Positions 51,247-64,000 of a stretch of DNA of 64,000 bases are shown piece by piece. The DNA lies in contig NC_086108.1 in the NCBI RefSeq assembly GCF_963921235.1, positions 49,416,001 to 49,480,000 on the forward strand, written 5' to 3'. The position numbers were made by a program, and so were the translations under genes. The notes under the pieces were generated by a model. It made no database searches. It was not told the DNA's origin and was given only the letters and a program-made list of their open reading frames with translations. The DNA comes from Mobula hypostoma (taxonomy: Eukaryota). Positions within the stretch are counted from its first letter, which is position 1; every line of letters starts with the position of its first letter.

Positions 51247-51540
51247 ATTTCGTCAGCCATGGCTGGCAGCTCACCTCGCAGGAGGAAAGCTGATCCGAAA
51301 CTACCGCTGCCTTGCAGCTATACCTACTCACAGAGAAGGCTTCAGGAGTAAACCCCGAGGAGCTGGAGTCTCTGAGGAGGTCCTGCACTGAGTTCAATGC
51401 TGACTGGCAACTCCTGCAATGCCGCGGGTGCCAAACTGTGTGGGGTTTGCCGTTCCTTTGAATGTCATCAGCTGTTTGGAGAGGGGAGCCTGCTGCCTGG
51501 GCACTAGCTAGGATGTAACATGCTTGGTCAAGGCCAACCA
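51247..51540 (+). mobile_element. GC-rich interspersed repeat, possibly an RTE-type 5' region
   Basis: Sharp GC island (gaaggcttcaggagtaaaccccgagg) in an AT-rich intron; family assignment is from recollection only. Confidence 0.35.
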
Positions 51541-52545
51541 ATGGAGGGCTTTGGTATTTGTAAGCAATTAGTCTTTCTGAACTGTCCCAACACATGAATT
51601 CTATTTTCTTTCATAATTTCTGTATTTCGCCCTCAAAGCACGAAGTATAGGGAAGTAGCCTACTTGAGCAAAACATTTAATAGAGATGCTTGAAAATCAG
51701 TTTGTCAATGAATTCTCCAACTTTAGATAGCTCTCTTTATCTGCATTAGAGCTAGTCATTTGTGCCTGCCATCCCCTTTTGCCTTTTTATACCCCTTTTG
51801 CATTTGTACACTCTGACCTATTGCTCTTTAACTGCCACACTATTTCAGCCTTTCCAGGTACCACTATTCCCCAATTCTCTGCCATTCAGACCAGCTAATT
51901 TCCCTCTGTCCTAATAAAAGGTCACAGACCTGAAACATTAACATCTTTTTCCACTGATGCTACCCGATCTGCCAAGTTTTCCCAACAATAAATTGTTATT
52001 TTATAGAATTACTTACCTTAAATTGAGCTATGAATGGAAAATAACCTACACAAAAGAATCTTACAGAGATTGTACCCAGCCATTTTCATCTTTATTTGTA
52101 TATGCTTTCAATTTCCAAAGTGACATTGCTCACAAACCACTCTATCACCCCATTCCCACCAAAAGTTTGAATTTTTAAAAATGATGAAATTTTCAGTAAT
52201 CTGGAGATCGCACTTTGCTAACTCCTAGAATAAGTTAGAATTTCCAGTACAATGTTTTAGATAGGCAGAGAAAAATAAAGAATAAAACCTGCAGTAAATT
52301 TGGTAGATTGAGAAAGAAGGAAATAAATTAACAATACCAACAAAATATCTGTGTGGATTAATATCAGGTATTTCTGCACTTTATCTTGGGTAGACTTAAT
52401 TTCTTTAAAAGCTCAGTAGCATTTTCTACTGATTTGTGTCCATATAAGTTTCAAAAGGCTACCAGAATAATAAACAGATGAGGAACAGAATAATATTTGA
52501 TTATTCTAGTTACGAGAATTATTGTTTGAATTCCAAGATTCCTTT

Positions 52546-53735
52546 TATAAGACCATAAAAAATAGGAGCAGAATTAGGCCATTTGGTCCATTGAATTTTC
52601 TCTGCCATTTAATCATGGCTGATATATTTCCCTCTCAGCTCTATTCTCTGCATTAACTTTTCATGCACTGACTTATAATCTATCAACCTCTGCCTTAAAT
52701 AAACTTAGTGTCCAGAACTCCACAGGTGCCTCCAGCTAAAGAAATTACTTCTCATCTCCGTTCTACATGGATGTTCCTCCGTTCTACATGGATATTCTGA
52801 GATTGTGCCCTCTGATCCTAGACTCTCATTACAGGAAGCATCCTTTCCCTATCCACTCTGTCTTGGTCTTTGAACATTTGATAGTTTCAGTAAGATCTCC
52901 CCGCTGCCCCCTTTCTTCTAAATTCCAATGAATACAGGCCCAGAGCCATCAAACACTCCTCATACGATAAGCCATTCATTCCTGGAATCATTTTCATGAA
53001 CTTCCTTTGAACCATCTTCAGTGTTAGCATATCCTTTCTTAGATAAGGGGCCTAAAACTGCTCACAATACTCTCAAGTGAGGCGTCACCAGTGTTCTATA
53101 AAGCCTCAGCACTACATCCCTGTTTTGATATTCTCATCTGCTCAAAATGAGTGATAGCATCGCATATGCCTTCCTCACCAAGATGCAAGTTAACCTTTAG
53201 GGAATCCTGCATGAGGACTCCTAACCCTCTCTGCACCTCAAATTTTTGTATATTTTTTTCATTTAGAAAATAGTTACACTTTTAGTTTTACCAGAGTGCA
53301 TGGCCATGCACTTCCCGACACTGTATTCCTTCTGCCACATCTTTGCCCATTCTCCTAATCTGTTTAAGTCCTTCTGCATACTCCCTGCTTCCTCAACACT
53401 GCCACCCCTTCACCTATCTTCATATTCTCTGCAAACTTGGCCACAAAGCCATCTATTCCGTCGTCCAGATCATTGACTTGAAAAATGTTCCCAACATAGA
53501 CCCCTGTGGAACACCACTAGTCACCAGCAGCCAATCAAAAATGGCTCCCTTTATTCGCACTCTTCTCCTGCCTATCAGCCAGTGCTCTATCCATGCTAGT
53601 ACCAATCTTGTTCAGCAGCCTCATGTGTGGCACCTTGTCAAAGGCATTCTGAAAATCAAACCACACAACATCCACTGATTTTTTTTTCTTTGACTATCCT
53701 GTCTGTTATTTCCTCAAAGAATTCCAACAGATTAT
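52546..53735 (-). mobile_element. CR1-like LINE 3' part
   Basis: ataagaccataa tail; same family as 4117-6085 and 36695-38500. Confidence 0.85.
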
Positions 53736-54467
53736 AGTGTACAGAAAGCTATAGACATCCAGTTAGAACAGTTAGCATCCAGTCCTATTTGAATGTTGAA
53801 TTAATGAATACAGAGATTAATAATTAGCAAAGTTTATAATTTATACTAATTAGCACCTCAATAGGATAATACTTCTAGTTCTGACAACTGTAAATTTTTA
53901 ACAATTAAGTTTGCTCTTAAAACTTCGTTAGTTGGGCTCAGTTAAATGACGACATTTCTCCTATGAAAGCCAATCATGTAAGCATTGTTACATGATTAGT
54001 TGAGTTGTACTTGAATTATATAGATTGGATCCTTCTATGTTTCTGTACTATAGAACCAAGAATCTTGATTGGGCATTATTTGTATCAAAGTAGGCTTACA
54101 GCAAACTAAACCCTGTTGCACCATGTTTGAATCGGACAACTATCAAGCCGCAAGTGGATAATTAATTTTGTATTCTATTCATTGAATAATCCAGTAACAT
54201 GCAGCATTTTCTCCAACCACTGGTAAATTAGCTCCTTGGTTATGGGAAGGTATGGACCATAAAATCAGTAGTGATTTATAACTCATAGCCTCTGGTGACG
54301 GTTTAGTTAGAGACTGATACACAAATGTTTTACAATGTTGAGGTATGTTTTAGTTTAAAGCAGGCTTTGGTTTTATGGTCAGCCAAGGAGAAATGTAAAC
54401 ATTATTTACACTACCTCTAGCAAAGCACACTTAGAACCCATTTTAATCTAAAAGGGTCCTCTGTAAG

Positions 54468-54565
54468 AAACACACAAAATGCCAGAGGAATTCAGCAAGT
54501 CACATAGTATTTATGAAGGAGAATAAACACTTGCACTTTCAGGCCGAGACTCTTCAGGACTGGAA
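54468..54565 (-). mobile_element. Penelope terminal-repeat fragment
   Basis: aacacacaaaatgccagaggaattcagcaagtc...tttcaggccgagactcttcaggact matches the left arm at 22288-22380. Confidence 0.65.
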
Positions 54566-54767
54566 TTCTCTGTGAGAATGTCTCTTTTGACCAATGCGCA
54601 AAGAAACTGTACCTATTTGTTTACTTGCCTCTAATTTGCCTTCCATCCTGATATTGGCATTTCTATGAAGTTATAAATGAGCAATGTTGTAATTTGATTA
54701 GCTTGTATACTTCAGAACATTTTCTTGGTAAATTAAAATGGTTATTATTTTGGATTTGTTTTTACAG

Positions 54768-55024
54768 GTCAACTGGATAACGTTGATGTTAATCGGCTGA
54801 AAGAGATTGAAAAAACTTTGAATGATGCCAAGAACCAGATGAAAGATAGTGATTTAGAAAGGAAGTTGGCAGATCTAGAAAAAGCTGAAAAGGAACAAGC
54901 AAATGCGATAATTACCCACGAGCAAGATATTCAAGATATTCTGAATGACATTAAAAACCTAGAGGACATCAAACAAACATTACCTCCTGGCTGTTACAAT
55001 ACTCAGTTTCTGGAGACCCCATAG
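54768..55024 (+). CDS. lamc1: laminin gamma-1 terminal coding exon (exon 28 equivalent, 257 coding nt including TAG)
   Basis: ttttacag acceptor; GQLDNVDVNRLKEIEKTLNDAKNQMKDSDLERKL...IKNLEDIKQTLPPGCYNTQFLETP*. Confidence 0.97.
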
Positions 55025-57470
55025 TCACTTTCTTCACCTCCATATCCTACCCAAAAGTGACATTGTACAGAAATTGCCTTATTACCAAATCTTTTTCAAT
55101 GTCTGACACAACATCATTAAGTATTCCAAGGCTCATAACTGAAATTCCTCAGGCATCAAATGCAGCTGCTTGAAAGAAGTACAAGGTTCTGGACACTGGG
55201 CTCGGTGTGAGTGACATACCTATATGACGAGCTACTAGAATCCTGGAAGAACCAAGTTTGTGTTAGAAGGACACACTCCATCTACCTGATTCAATCACTT
55301 CACACCATTAACCTTGAATTATTAAGCATACCTTTACAGAGGCCAAACACAAAGGCTCCTTCTGCTGCAGGGTGGAATAAAGTTGGCTTCTAAGAATATA
55401 ATGGTGTTTAAATTAAATAACTGGCTTTTAATGTAGGTTTGTCTCTCCTGCCGCTGCATGGAGGCATTGGTTCTTTATTGCATTCAAATCATGAGTGTTA
55501 ACATAGCTTTGTGATGTGACTTTCCTCCCTTGCACCCTCCCCCAACTTTATTAAATGACTAGACTAGCTGTGAAGGATTATGAACTGTTAACATGTTAAT
55601 ATTTAAATTCTTACCACTTCACTTCCTAAATGCACGTTAAATCACATCACTCTAGGGTAGCAGTAAGTCACTTTAAGAGCATTATATACAGTATTCAACA
55701 TGTTAATGTTGTAAATTACCATGAAAGCTGGTCTTCTCATTACAAAGCAGTTTAGTTTTGTAATACTAATCCCTTTGCTTCCTACTTCTTGGTTTCAGTT
55801 ATTTTGCAATAGTGGAATGCCCATAAAAATGTCTTGCACTTTTTGTGTGGACTACACTTTTTCTGTTCCCAAGACTGCTGCTTCATCTATATCAAAATTA
55901 AAAGCAGATTTTTTTTTTACAGCAACACTCTATGCAACTTTGTACATTGCGTAGCAAAAAAAAATAAAATTACCTGATACACTGGTGCTATTAATTATTT
56001 CAAATGTTATATTTTTGTGTGAATGTTTTTTATCATATAATAGTATGAGGAAATGTTGCGTCTGTCTTTGTGTAAATATACTCTATATAATTGTTTTAGG
56101 ATTGGCTCCATGAGTTACCTCCCCATCCTCAAGTTTCTGCCATCAGCAGTAACTGGTTTTTAGACAACGTTCTGATTGCCTTAGTAATTCTGTGGTAATT
56201 TGCTTGCTTGTATACACAGCTGAGATTTTATTTTCTATTCAGGGCTATCAGTCTTATTTGGAGAAAAAAATACCAGGTTATTACTGGTAGGTAAATACCC
56301 TGCAAGTATCCAATATTCCAAATGTGGCTATTTGAAAGTTTCCTCCCTACCGTCTTCCTGCAACTTTTCCTCCCCCATGCACCATCCTTGGGAATGTACC
56401 CAGCCCAAACATGTTTAAATATACTTCATTCTATACAGTGCTTTCAAAGCAGGGGTGTTTCGTATTTCTGGCCCAGATGGAAATACATAAGTCCTTTATA
56501 CAAAATGGAGAGAACAAAACCTTTGGCAATCTGTGCTGTTACTTTTCCAGCACATGCCTTGTGGAGGCGAGATAGGCTGTGTGTGCCCTTTGCCCTTTAT
56601 CCTGCCAGTGCACTGCCAGCCAGACTGAATTGCCTCTGCAACCTGATGTATGTTATTCAGTGTTTGCCTCCTTTTCTATTCTGTTTGTAATCGGTCTTAA
56701 GCCATCTCATTACACGATAATCACAAATTTTTAAAAAAAGTATTATTGGTCACTGCTTGATCATCCATAATTACACATTTGGTTCCTGGCTGAAACTATC
56801 ACTGCAATGATTTTACTTGAGGGATTCAGGCTCAATCTTACAAGCACTGAGCAGGCCTAAAGGATTGCACGCTCTTTCCCAAATATTGTACGTAAAGCAA
56901 AAAAATACATCTCTATTTTGAAGTTTAACTATAACAGCCTCTCCTGTCACTGTACTTAGACAATACAACAGTTTTTGTACCTTTTACAGCAGTAATACTG
57001 TTTATTTATCATGTAAGGAAGTCAATTAATCAAAAGTATGAGGTTAGCGTCCTACCTGTAGAAAAAACATGTACAGAATGATTGACATAGTATGGAAAAG
57101 GTGCAACAAACTCAGCACTTTCTGTGGTGAGAAATAGATCCATACTGTCTTATCCTATGCCTTTTGTTGTAAGCCTTCTGCCTTAAAGTGCCATCATACT
57201 GTTAGGAAAGACGTGCAACACTTATACAATTTTATGTATAAAACAGTATTTCTTATTTATAAGACATAATATTTGTAATCTTTATCCAGGTCTCCTGTGT
57301 GTTGCACATTCTTCTTGTAATGATGTGACTTGAGAACACTGCTTTTTTTCCTTAACACCTCTTTTGACCCAATTGCAGTGGCCAAATACCTGGCAAATTA
57401 TTGTTTAATACCTTTTTTGTCTGTAAATCAAATTGTACCATTTAAATAAATAAAAGTGGTATTACATCAA
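55025..57470 (+). other. lamc1: putative lamc1 3'UTR (~2.45 kb)
   Basis: Repeat-free AT-rich stretch after the stop codon, ending at overlapping AATAAA hexamers followed by a GT/T-rich element; the end is inferred. Confidence 0.7.
57445..57454 (+). terminator. polyadenylation signal (overlapping AATAAA x2)
   Basis: aataaataaa, with downstream ggttcatttggtttcc at ~57484-57499. Confidence 0.7.
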
Positions 57471-58939
57471 TGTTTGAACACGCGGTTCATTTGGTTTCCT
57501 TAAAATGTTTCCTGATCCTGCAGTTGAGAATCCTATCAAACTATTTGACTTGTCCAAAATGTGCTAATCTATGGCCCTTCAATAACGGGAAATCCTGCCT
57601 GGCGACAATAAATTCAATGTGATGTACTATTACTATATAAACTATCAATACTATTAAAACTAGAAAGCTAAATTCTGGGAATTCTTGAGTTGCTTACTAT
57701 TGTCTGTTGTAAAATAGAAATGGAAATCTCAGGTACCACTCTGGAAAAAGACCACAGACATAAACAGAATCTGCAGCCTCAGCACGTTGGAATTACCCTT
57801 TGGAAAAACACCATTCAGCCAAACTATTATTAATCAATAGTATTAAGTATAAGGTGTTGGCATAGGCAAAACTTGTACCAGCTCTACCACTAACACTTGC
57901 TGTCTGTTTAGGGGGTTTGGTTATTAATGATTGTAGAGCATCACTGAGGTTTAAAATGTAGTCACCAATTAGCCATAGGCAACACTTCTGTAAACATCAG
58001 ACGCGGGGTGGGGGGGTGTGGTTCTGAATGGGGATTCCTTCTAGGAAGGAATGACATCAGTAGATGAAGAACCACCTGACAGGTACAGAAAATGGGATCA
58101 AAGCCTATCCAAAACCTCTATGTAAGAATGATTACATAATGCATTTGATTTAAAATATATCACCCTAATGTGTTCAGCTAAAGGATTCACAGACACGGAA
58201 TCTCTTGTCAGCTCTCAGATATACTTGTATTTCAAATGGATGTTTTGTCAAGAAAAAATACATAATATTTCCTCAAGTTGGCACTAACATTCTAGGTGTG
58301 CCACTCTTGCAGTCTGTAAACCAATTCTGCAGAAAGGGCAATTCAAAATATTGTCGCATAGTGTTCAAGACTAAGACCCTCAACATATTTTTTCCATTCT
58401 CCATTCTATTTGTGGGTAAATCATGACATATTCAGTGATAATAAACTAGATTCTGATTAGACTAGATTTTTCTGATTTGAACAACTCAGTATCCCAAAGG
58501 GGTCCATTATCTTGATTGGCTGAAATGTTTCTTTAACTAGTTGCTTTCAAATGGCTTCATTCACAAATTATGAACAATACTGTATTCTAAATGTGCTACT
58601 GAGAAAATTAAAACCAAATATGCAATGGCTGTAATGTGCTACTGGAGACACTTGGAGATTTTGATCGCAGAAAGGTTAGGGAGCTGGGTAAAGGTAACGC
58701 AGGAACATACAACAAGGTTATAGCTAAAGGAGAAAGGTAGGGTCAGAGAGTCAGAGGTGTAGAAGCAGAAAATGATGTGACCAGATTTATAAATTGTCTA
58801 AGGGGAAGGGTGGATTTGATTTTGAAAGTGATATTAGTTGTTGTTTGCCATTAATGGAGTAACACTAAAACTCCAAAAAGGCAGGCAGTGGGAATGATAA
58901 CAACAGTATAAAGATGGTTGAAAGTAGTGGCCAGCAAAT

Positions 58940-61900
58940 AATGGGGCAGGAAAGACGATGGAACGTTGCCTCCTGTGTGCCTGGGTCCAGGACATCTCGG
59001 ACCCAGTCCTCAGCATTCTTAAGTGGGAAGAAGGTCGTGATCCATGTCGGTACAAATGACATAGGAAGAGTGAGGAGATTCTACAAACTGAGTTCAGGGG
59101 GTTAGGTGCTAATTAAAGGGCAGGGCCTCCAGGGTTATGGCCTCAGTATCGCTATCCATGCCACATGCTAGTGAGGCCAGAAATAGGAAGATTATACAGT
59201 TTAACATGTAGCTAAGGAGTTGGTGTTGGAGGGAGGGGTAAGATTTTTGGATCATTGGGCTCTCTTCCAGGGAAGGTGAGACCAGTACAGAAGAGACTGC
59301 ACCTAAACTAGAAGGGGATTATTATCCTAGAGGGAAGATTTGCTAGTGCCGTACATTGGTGGGGTTTCAACTAGAGTTGCAGGGGTGGGGGGACCAGGCT
59401 GTAGGAACAGTTGGTAGGAAAATTGTGGAGAGAAATGTTGTTAAGATCGCAGATAAATTCAGGAAGCAAAAGGTTGAGCATGGTGCAACTAATGTCCTGT
59501 GCTGCATATATTTCAATGCAAGTAGTATAGGAAAGGCAGATATGCTCCGGGTATGGATCAACACCAAGAGTTATGACATTATAGTGAGATGGTTGCAGGA
59601 GGGGCAGGACTGGCAGCTCAATATTCCAGGCTCCATTGTTTTAGACACAACAGAGCGGGAGGGGTTTAAGAAGGATGGGTAGCGTTACTAGTCAGGGAAA
59701 ATGTTATGGCAGTGCTCAGGACGGACTAGAGAACTCGTCTAGTGATGTGTTATGGGTGGAACTCAGAAATAAGAAAGGTATGACCACATTAATGGTGCTA
59801 TATTACAGACCACCTAACAGCCGGGGAATTTAGAGGAACAAATTTGCAGAGAGATCACAGACTGTTGCAAGGAACACCCTAAGTTGTTATAGTATGCGAT
59901 TTTGACTTTCTGCATATTGACTGGGACTGTAAAAGGATTGGTGAGATAGAGTCTGTCAAATGTGTTCAGGAAAGTTTCCTTAATCAGTACGTAGAAGTTC
60001 CAGCAAGCGGGTATGCAGTACTTGATCTGCTATTAGGGAATGAGACAGGGCAGCTGACAGAAGTTTGTGAAGGTGAACACTCCGCATCTAGTGATCACAA
60101 TGTAATTAGTTTCAAAATAAACACACTAAAAGATAGGTGTGGTCTGCAGGTTGAGATTCTAAATTTGAGAAAGGCCAATTATGATTGTATCAGAAAGTAT
60201 CTGACAAATGTGGATTGGGACATGCTGTTTTTTGGCAAAGGTGTGCTAGATAAGTGGGAGGCCTTCAAAAGTGAAATGTTGAGAGTACAAAACTTGTATG
60301 TGCTTATCAGAATAAAAGGAAAAGATAACAGGTGTATGGAACCTAGACTTTCAAGAAATATTGAGGCCCTGGTTAAGGGAAGAAAAAGGAGGCAGCAGTT
60401 ATAGGCAGGTAGGAACAAATGAGGTGCTTATGGAGTATAAGAAATGCAAGAGAACACTTAAGAAAGAAATCAGGAGGGCTAAAAGAAGGCATGATCTTGT
60501 CCTAGCAGACAAGGTGAAGGAGAATCCTAAGGGATTCCACAGATATGTTAAGAGGAAAAGGATTGTAAGGGACAAAATTGGTCCCTTGGAAGATCAGTAT
60601 GGTAATCCTTGTGTGGAACCAACAGTGATGGGGAGATCTTAAGTACAATTTTTGCATCTGCATTTACTCAGGAGATTGGCAGAGTAAATGAGGCAAAGTG
60701 GCATCAACTTCATGGACCCTATACAGTTTACAGAGGAGGAGGTTTTTGCTGTCCTGAGGCAAATTAGGGTTTATAAATTCCAAGGTCTGATTAGGTGTTC
60801 CCTCAGACCCTGCGAGAGGTAAGTGCAGATATTGCCAGAGCCCCAGAAGAGATATTTAAATCATCCTTAGCGACAGGTGAAGTACCCGAGGTATGGAGGA
60901 TAGCCAATGTTGTTCTGCTGTTCAAGAAAGGCTCTAGAGATAAACCAGGAAATTATAGGCCAATGGGCCTGACATTTGTAGTGGGAAAGTTATTCGAATG
61001 TATTCCAAGGGGTGAGATATATAAGTGTTTGGATAGACATGGTCTGTTTAAGGATAATCAGCATGGCTTTGTGCATGGTAGGTCATGTCTACCCAATTTT
61101 ACAGAGTTTTTTGAAGAAGTTACCAGGAACGTTGCTGAAGATAAGGCAGTGGATGTTTTCTACATGGACTTTAGCAAGGCATTTGACAAGGTCCTGCATA
61201 GGGGGTTGGTTAAGAAGGTTCAGTTGCTCAGCATTCATGATAAGATAGTAAGTTGGTTTAAGCATTGGTTTTGTGGAAGAAGCAGAGAGTGGTAGCAGAT
61301 GGTTGCCTCTCTGACTGGAGACCTGTGATGAGTCGAGAGCCACAGGGGTTGCCTCTGGATTCGTTGTTGTTTGTCATCAGTATCAATGATCTGGATGATA
61401 ATGTGGTTAACTGGATCAACAAGTTTGTGGATGACACCAAAATTAGTGGACAGCAAGGAAGACTATCAAGCTTGCAGCAGAATCTGGACAGCTGGAAAAA
61501 TGGGGTGAAAAATGGCAGATGGAATTTAATCCAGACAAGCGTGAGGTGTTGCACTTAGATAGGACTAAACAGGATAGGTCTTACACAGTGAATGGTAGGA
61601 CAGAGAGGAGTGTAGCAGAACAAAGGGATCTGGGAATACAGGTTCATAATTTATTGAAAGTGGTGTCACAGGTAGATAGGGTTGTAAAGAAAGCTTTTGG
61701 CACAAATGAATGTGTTGAGTACAGGAGATGGAATGTTATGTTGTACAAGACATTGGTGAGACCTAATTTGGAGTATTATGTGCAGTTTTGGTCACCTACC
61801 TATAGGAAAGATGTAAATAAGGTTGAAAGAGTACAGAGAAAATGTACAAAGGATGTTGCCAGGTCTGGAGGACCTGGGTTAAAAGGAAAGACTGAATAGG

Positions 61901-62240
61901 TTTGGACTTTATTCCTTGGAATGTAGAAGATTGAGAGGAGATTTGATAGAGGTATACAAAATTATCAGTGGTATAGGTAGGGTAAATGCAAGCAGGCTTT
62001 TTCCGCTGAGGTTGTGTGGGACTACAACCAGAGATCATGGATTAAGGGTGAAAGGTGAGAAGTTTAAGGGGAATATGAGGAGAAACTTCTTCATTGAGAG
62101 GGGTGTGATGTGGTGCATGAAAGCTCGATTTCAACGTTTAATAGAAGTTTGCATAGGTACATGGATGGTAGGAGTCTAGAGGACTTTGATCCCAGTGCAG
62201 GCTGATGGGAGTAGGCAGTTTAAATGGTTGATATGGTGTA
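58940..62240 (+). mobile_element. long CR1-like LINE (ORF1 esterase end, APE, RT, 3' end), inactivated
   Basis: VVIHVGTNDIG, IYFNASS, WRIANVVLLFKKG..PGNYRP, YMDFSKAFDKV, INKFVDDTK, RPNLEYYVQFWSP; same family as 16560-19660. Confidence 0.9.
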
Positions 62241-63189
62241 GAGAAAAGAAGTCCTTGAGTGAATTTCTTTCCCTTGAGTGAAGTATTTTCAAGATGATTG
62301 TGTGGAACATAATTAACAGCCTGGTAGGCAAGTCCAGATTTGGGTGAGCACAGAAATACAAGTTTTAAGCGGAAATAGTGGGCCATAATAGGTTGTACCT
62401 GGAAGGTTACGGTGTTACGGTTGTGGTATTGGGAAGCCAGGTAGCTGTGAGTAACACACATGACAGCCAAAGTGGTAAGGAAAAAACGTGCTGCTATTCG
62501 TCTTACTCATAATCATTTACCCACAATGCCCTCTCACATTTCATTCAGTGCGTAACACAGGGGGAAGCTTGACAGCACCCCAAAAGGTCACAATATACTC
62601 GAAAATTTAACATACAGCACGACCAATAGGGCTTTAGAATGGTTTGAGGGGCATTGGAGTCCGGTTAAATTTGAGAGTTAAGTAAACAAAAGCTCTGTGG
62701 GCAGCCATGTTAAACCCATCCAGAGAAAGATATATCATCAGGAGCAAGAACCACAAAGTTGGCATGAACTTGAGTAATTCTGGGAATGTGAAATGACAAA
62801 TGTGAGAGAAATGGCAATGAATTGTAAACATTTTATAATTTTATATCTCTACTTGAGCAGCCATAAACATCGTCCAGAAGCTGGAATCAGTTGTTTCTGG
62901 TGTTTTCTCTCCTCCTCATTGAAACTGCAGCCTCTCCTGTTAATCATGTACAATTTAAGATTTTTTAAAAGAAGATATTTTCCCTTAGAATACAGGTTTA
63001 TTTTAGTGACAACATTCTGTGTGGAATCTTCACTACATTCCTTGGATACATTTTGTCTGACTTAAATGTCAAATAGGCTGTATAAAAGGAAGAGGATCTT
63101 GGCAATTGTAGCAAAAAGTGGAGGTTAGTGATTCTCCATATTTGGACTCTGATTTTGATGAAATTCATAAACGGACTGACAGTTAAATG

Positions 63190-63995
63190 TTTCAAAGGTA
63201 CACTTAATATCAGGGAAATGTATACAGTATACATCCTGAAATTCTTTTTCTTCGCAAATATCCATGAAAACAGAGGAGTGCCTCAAAGAATGAATGACAG
63301 TTAAAGTTTAGAACCCCAAAGCCTCCCCCAGCTCCCTCCCCCACTCACAAGCAGCAGCAAACTAACCATCTCCCCCCTCCCCACCAGCAAAAAAGCATCA
63401 GTGCCCTCCCTCCCCCACCAAGCACTCACGCATGCAGCAAAGCATCAATAAAGACAAAGACTTGCAGTACCTCAAAGACTACTCATTCACCCGGTAATCT
63501 GATGTACCTAATAAGGGAAAAAGAGGTGCCCTGGTTCACAGTGAGAGGGGAGACATAACAAACAACTTGCTGATTTATGATCTTAAAAATCTGTTGTGTC
63601 ACTTTTTCTGAGCTCTGTGCCCAGAGAGTTGGCCCCAAAAAGGCCCAGGTCTCTGGACACACAGCCCACGGCAGCTAACCCGCTGCTCCCGATGTTCTAT
63701 GTTCTCCCACGGCGCCTCAGTCAGGATCTAGAATCAGTCCATCTCCAGAGACACGAAAATCCAGCACCTTGAAGGCGCACTGGTGTTCCAGGCCGTGTCC
63801 TTGGGATATCAAAAAGTGGCCAGTCATGAGGCCCTGAGAGCGGGCCCCATTCCCACAAAGAGCGGAAGTCGGAGTGTAACTCCAGGTCAGGGTCTTCAAA
63901 AGAACCTTGAAAAAGGAAAAAAAGAGATACCAAAGATAGAAATAGACCTGTTTCCAAAAATGCAAGCAGAGGAGTCGCAGTTTAGTGGCATCATA
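63190..63995 (-). mobile_element. non-autonomous retroposon with a Rex1/Babar-like 3' tail
   Basis: ttcaaaggtacacttaatatcagggaaatgtatacagtatacatcctgaaattc start; body colinear with 16880-17580 (aaagaatgaatga..agaacccca, accttgaaaa..aaa). Confidence 0.62.
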
Positions 63996-64000
63996 ACTTC

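Noticed and set aside
6409..55024. Assignment to lamc2 or lamc3
   Set aside because: Full LEb array with NIDPNAV, gamma-1-specific coiled-coil motifs and C-terminal Glu at -3 favour lamc1.
57480..64000. Start of a downstream gene such as lamc2
   Set aside because: No signal-peptide exon, CpG island or recognisable coding exon; the region is mostly CR1 and other repeats.

Overview
Eukaryotic (vertebrate) genomic DNA. The repeat landscape (CR1, Rex1/Babar, Penelope, L1/Tx1, Tc1, mariner, Tigger) suggests a cartilaginous fish such as a ray, which is an inference. The window holds the last 17 coding exons of a laminin gamma-1 gene (lamc1) on the + strand, 6409-55024. They give 2840 coding nt in one continuous frame with GT-AG introns, and appear to correspond to human exons 12-28. 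They encode the end of the L4 domain, the LEb repeats with the nidogen-binding NIDPNAV loop, the coiled coil and a C-terminus with the integrin-binding Glu at -3. A ~2.45 kb repeat-free 3'UTR carries miR-124 and miR-29 seed sites. Introns and the downstream region are filled with nested, mostly dead transposable elements. Notable items are Penelope fragments with hammerhead-ribozyme motifs, a TSD-flanked Penelope hairpin, a three-TIR mariner derivative, a 31 x 45-bp minisatellite that starts at a CR1 3' tail, and a 5'-truncated L1-like insertion with a perfect 14-bp TSD. No prokaryote-type system (CRISPR, operon) is present, and I found nothing I can support as a wholly new biological system. 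Repeat boundaries are approximate unless a TIR or TSD is cited.
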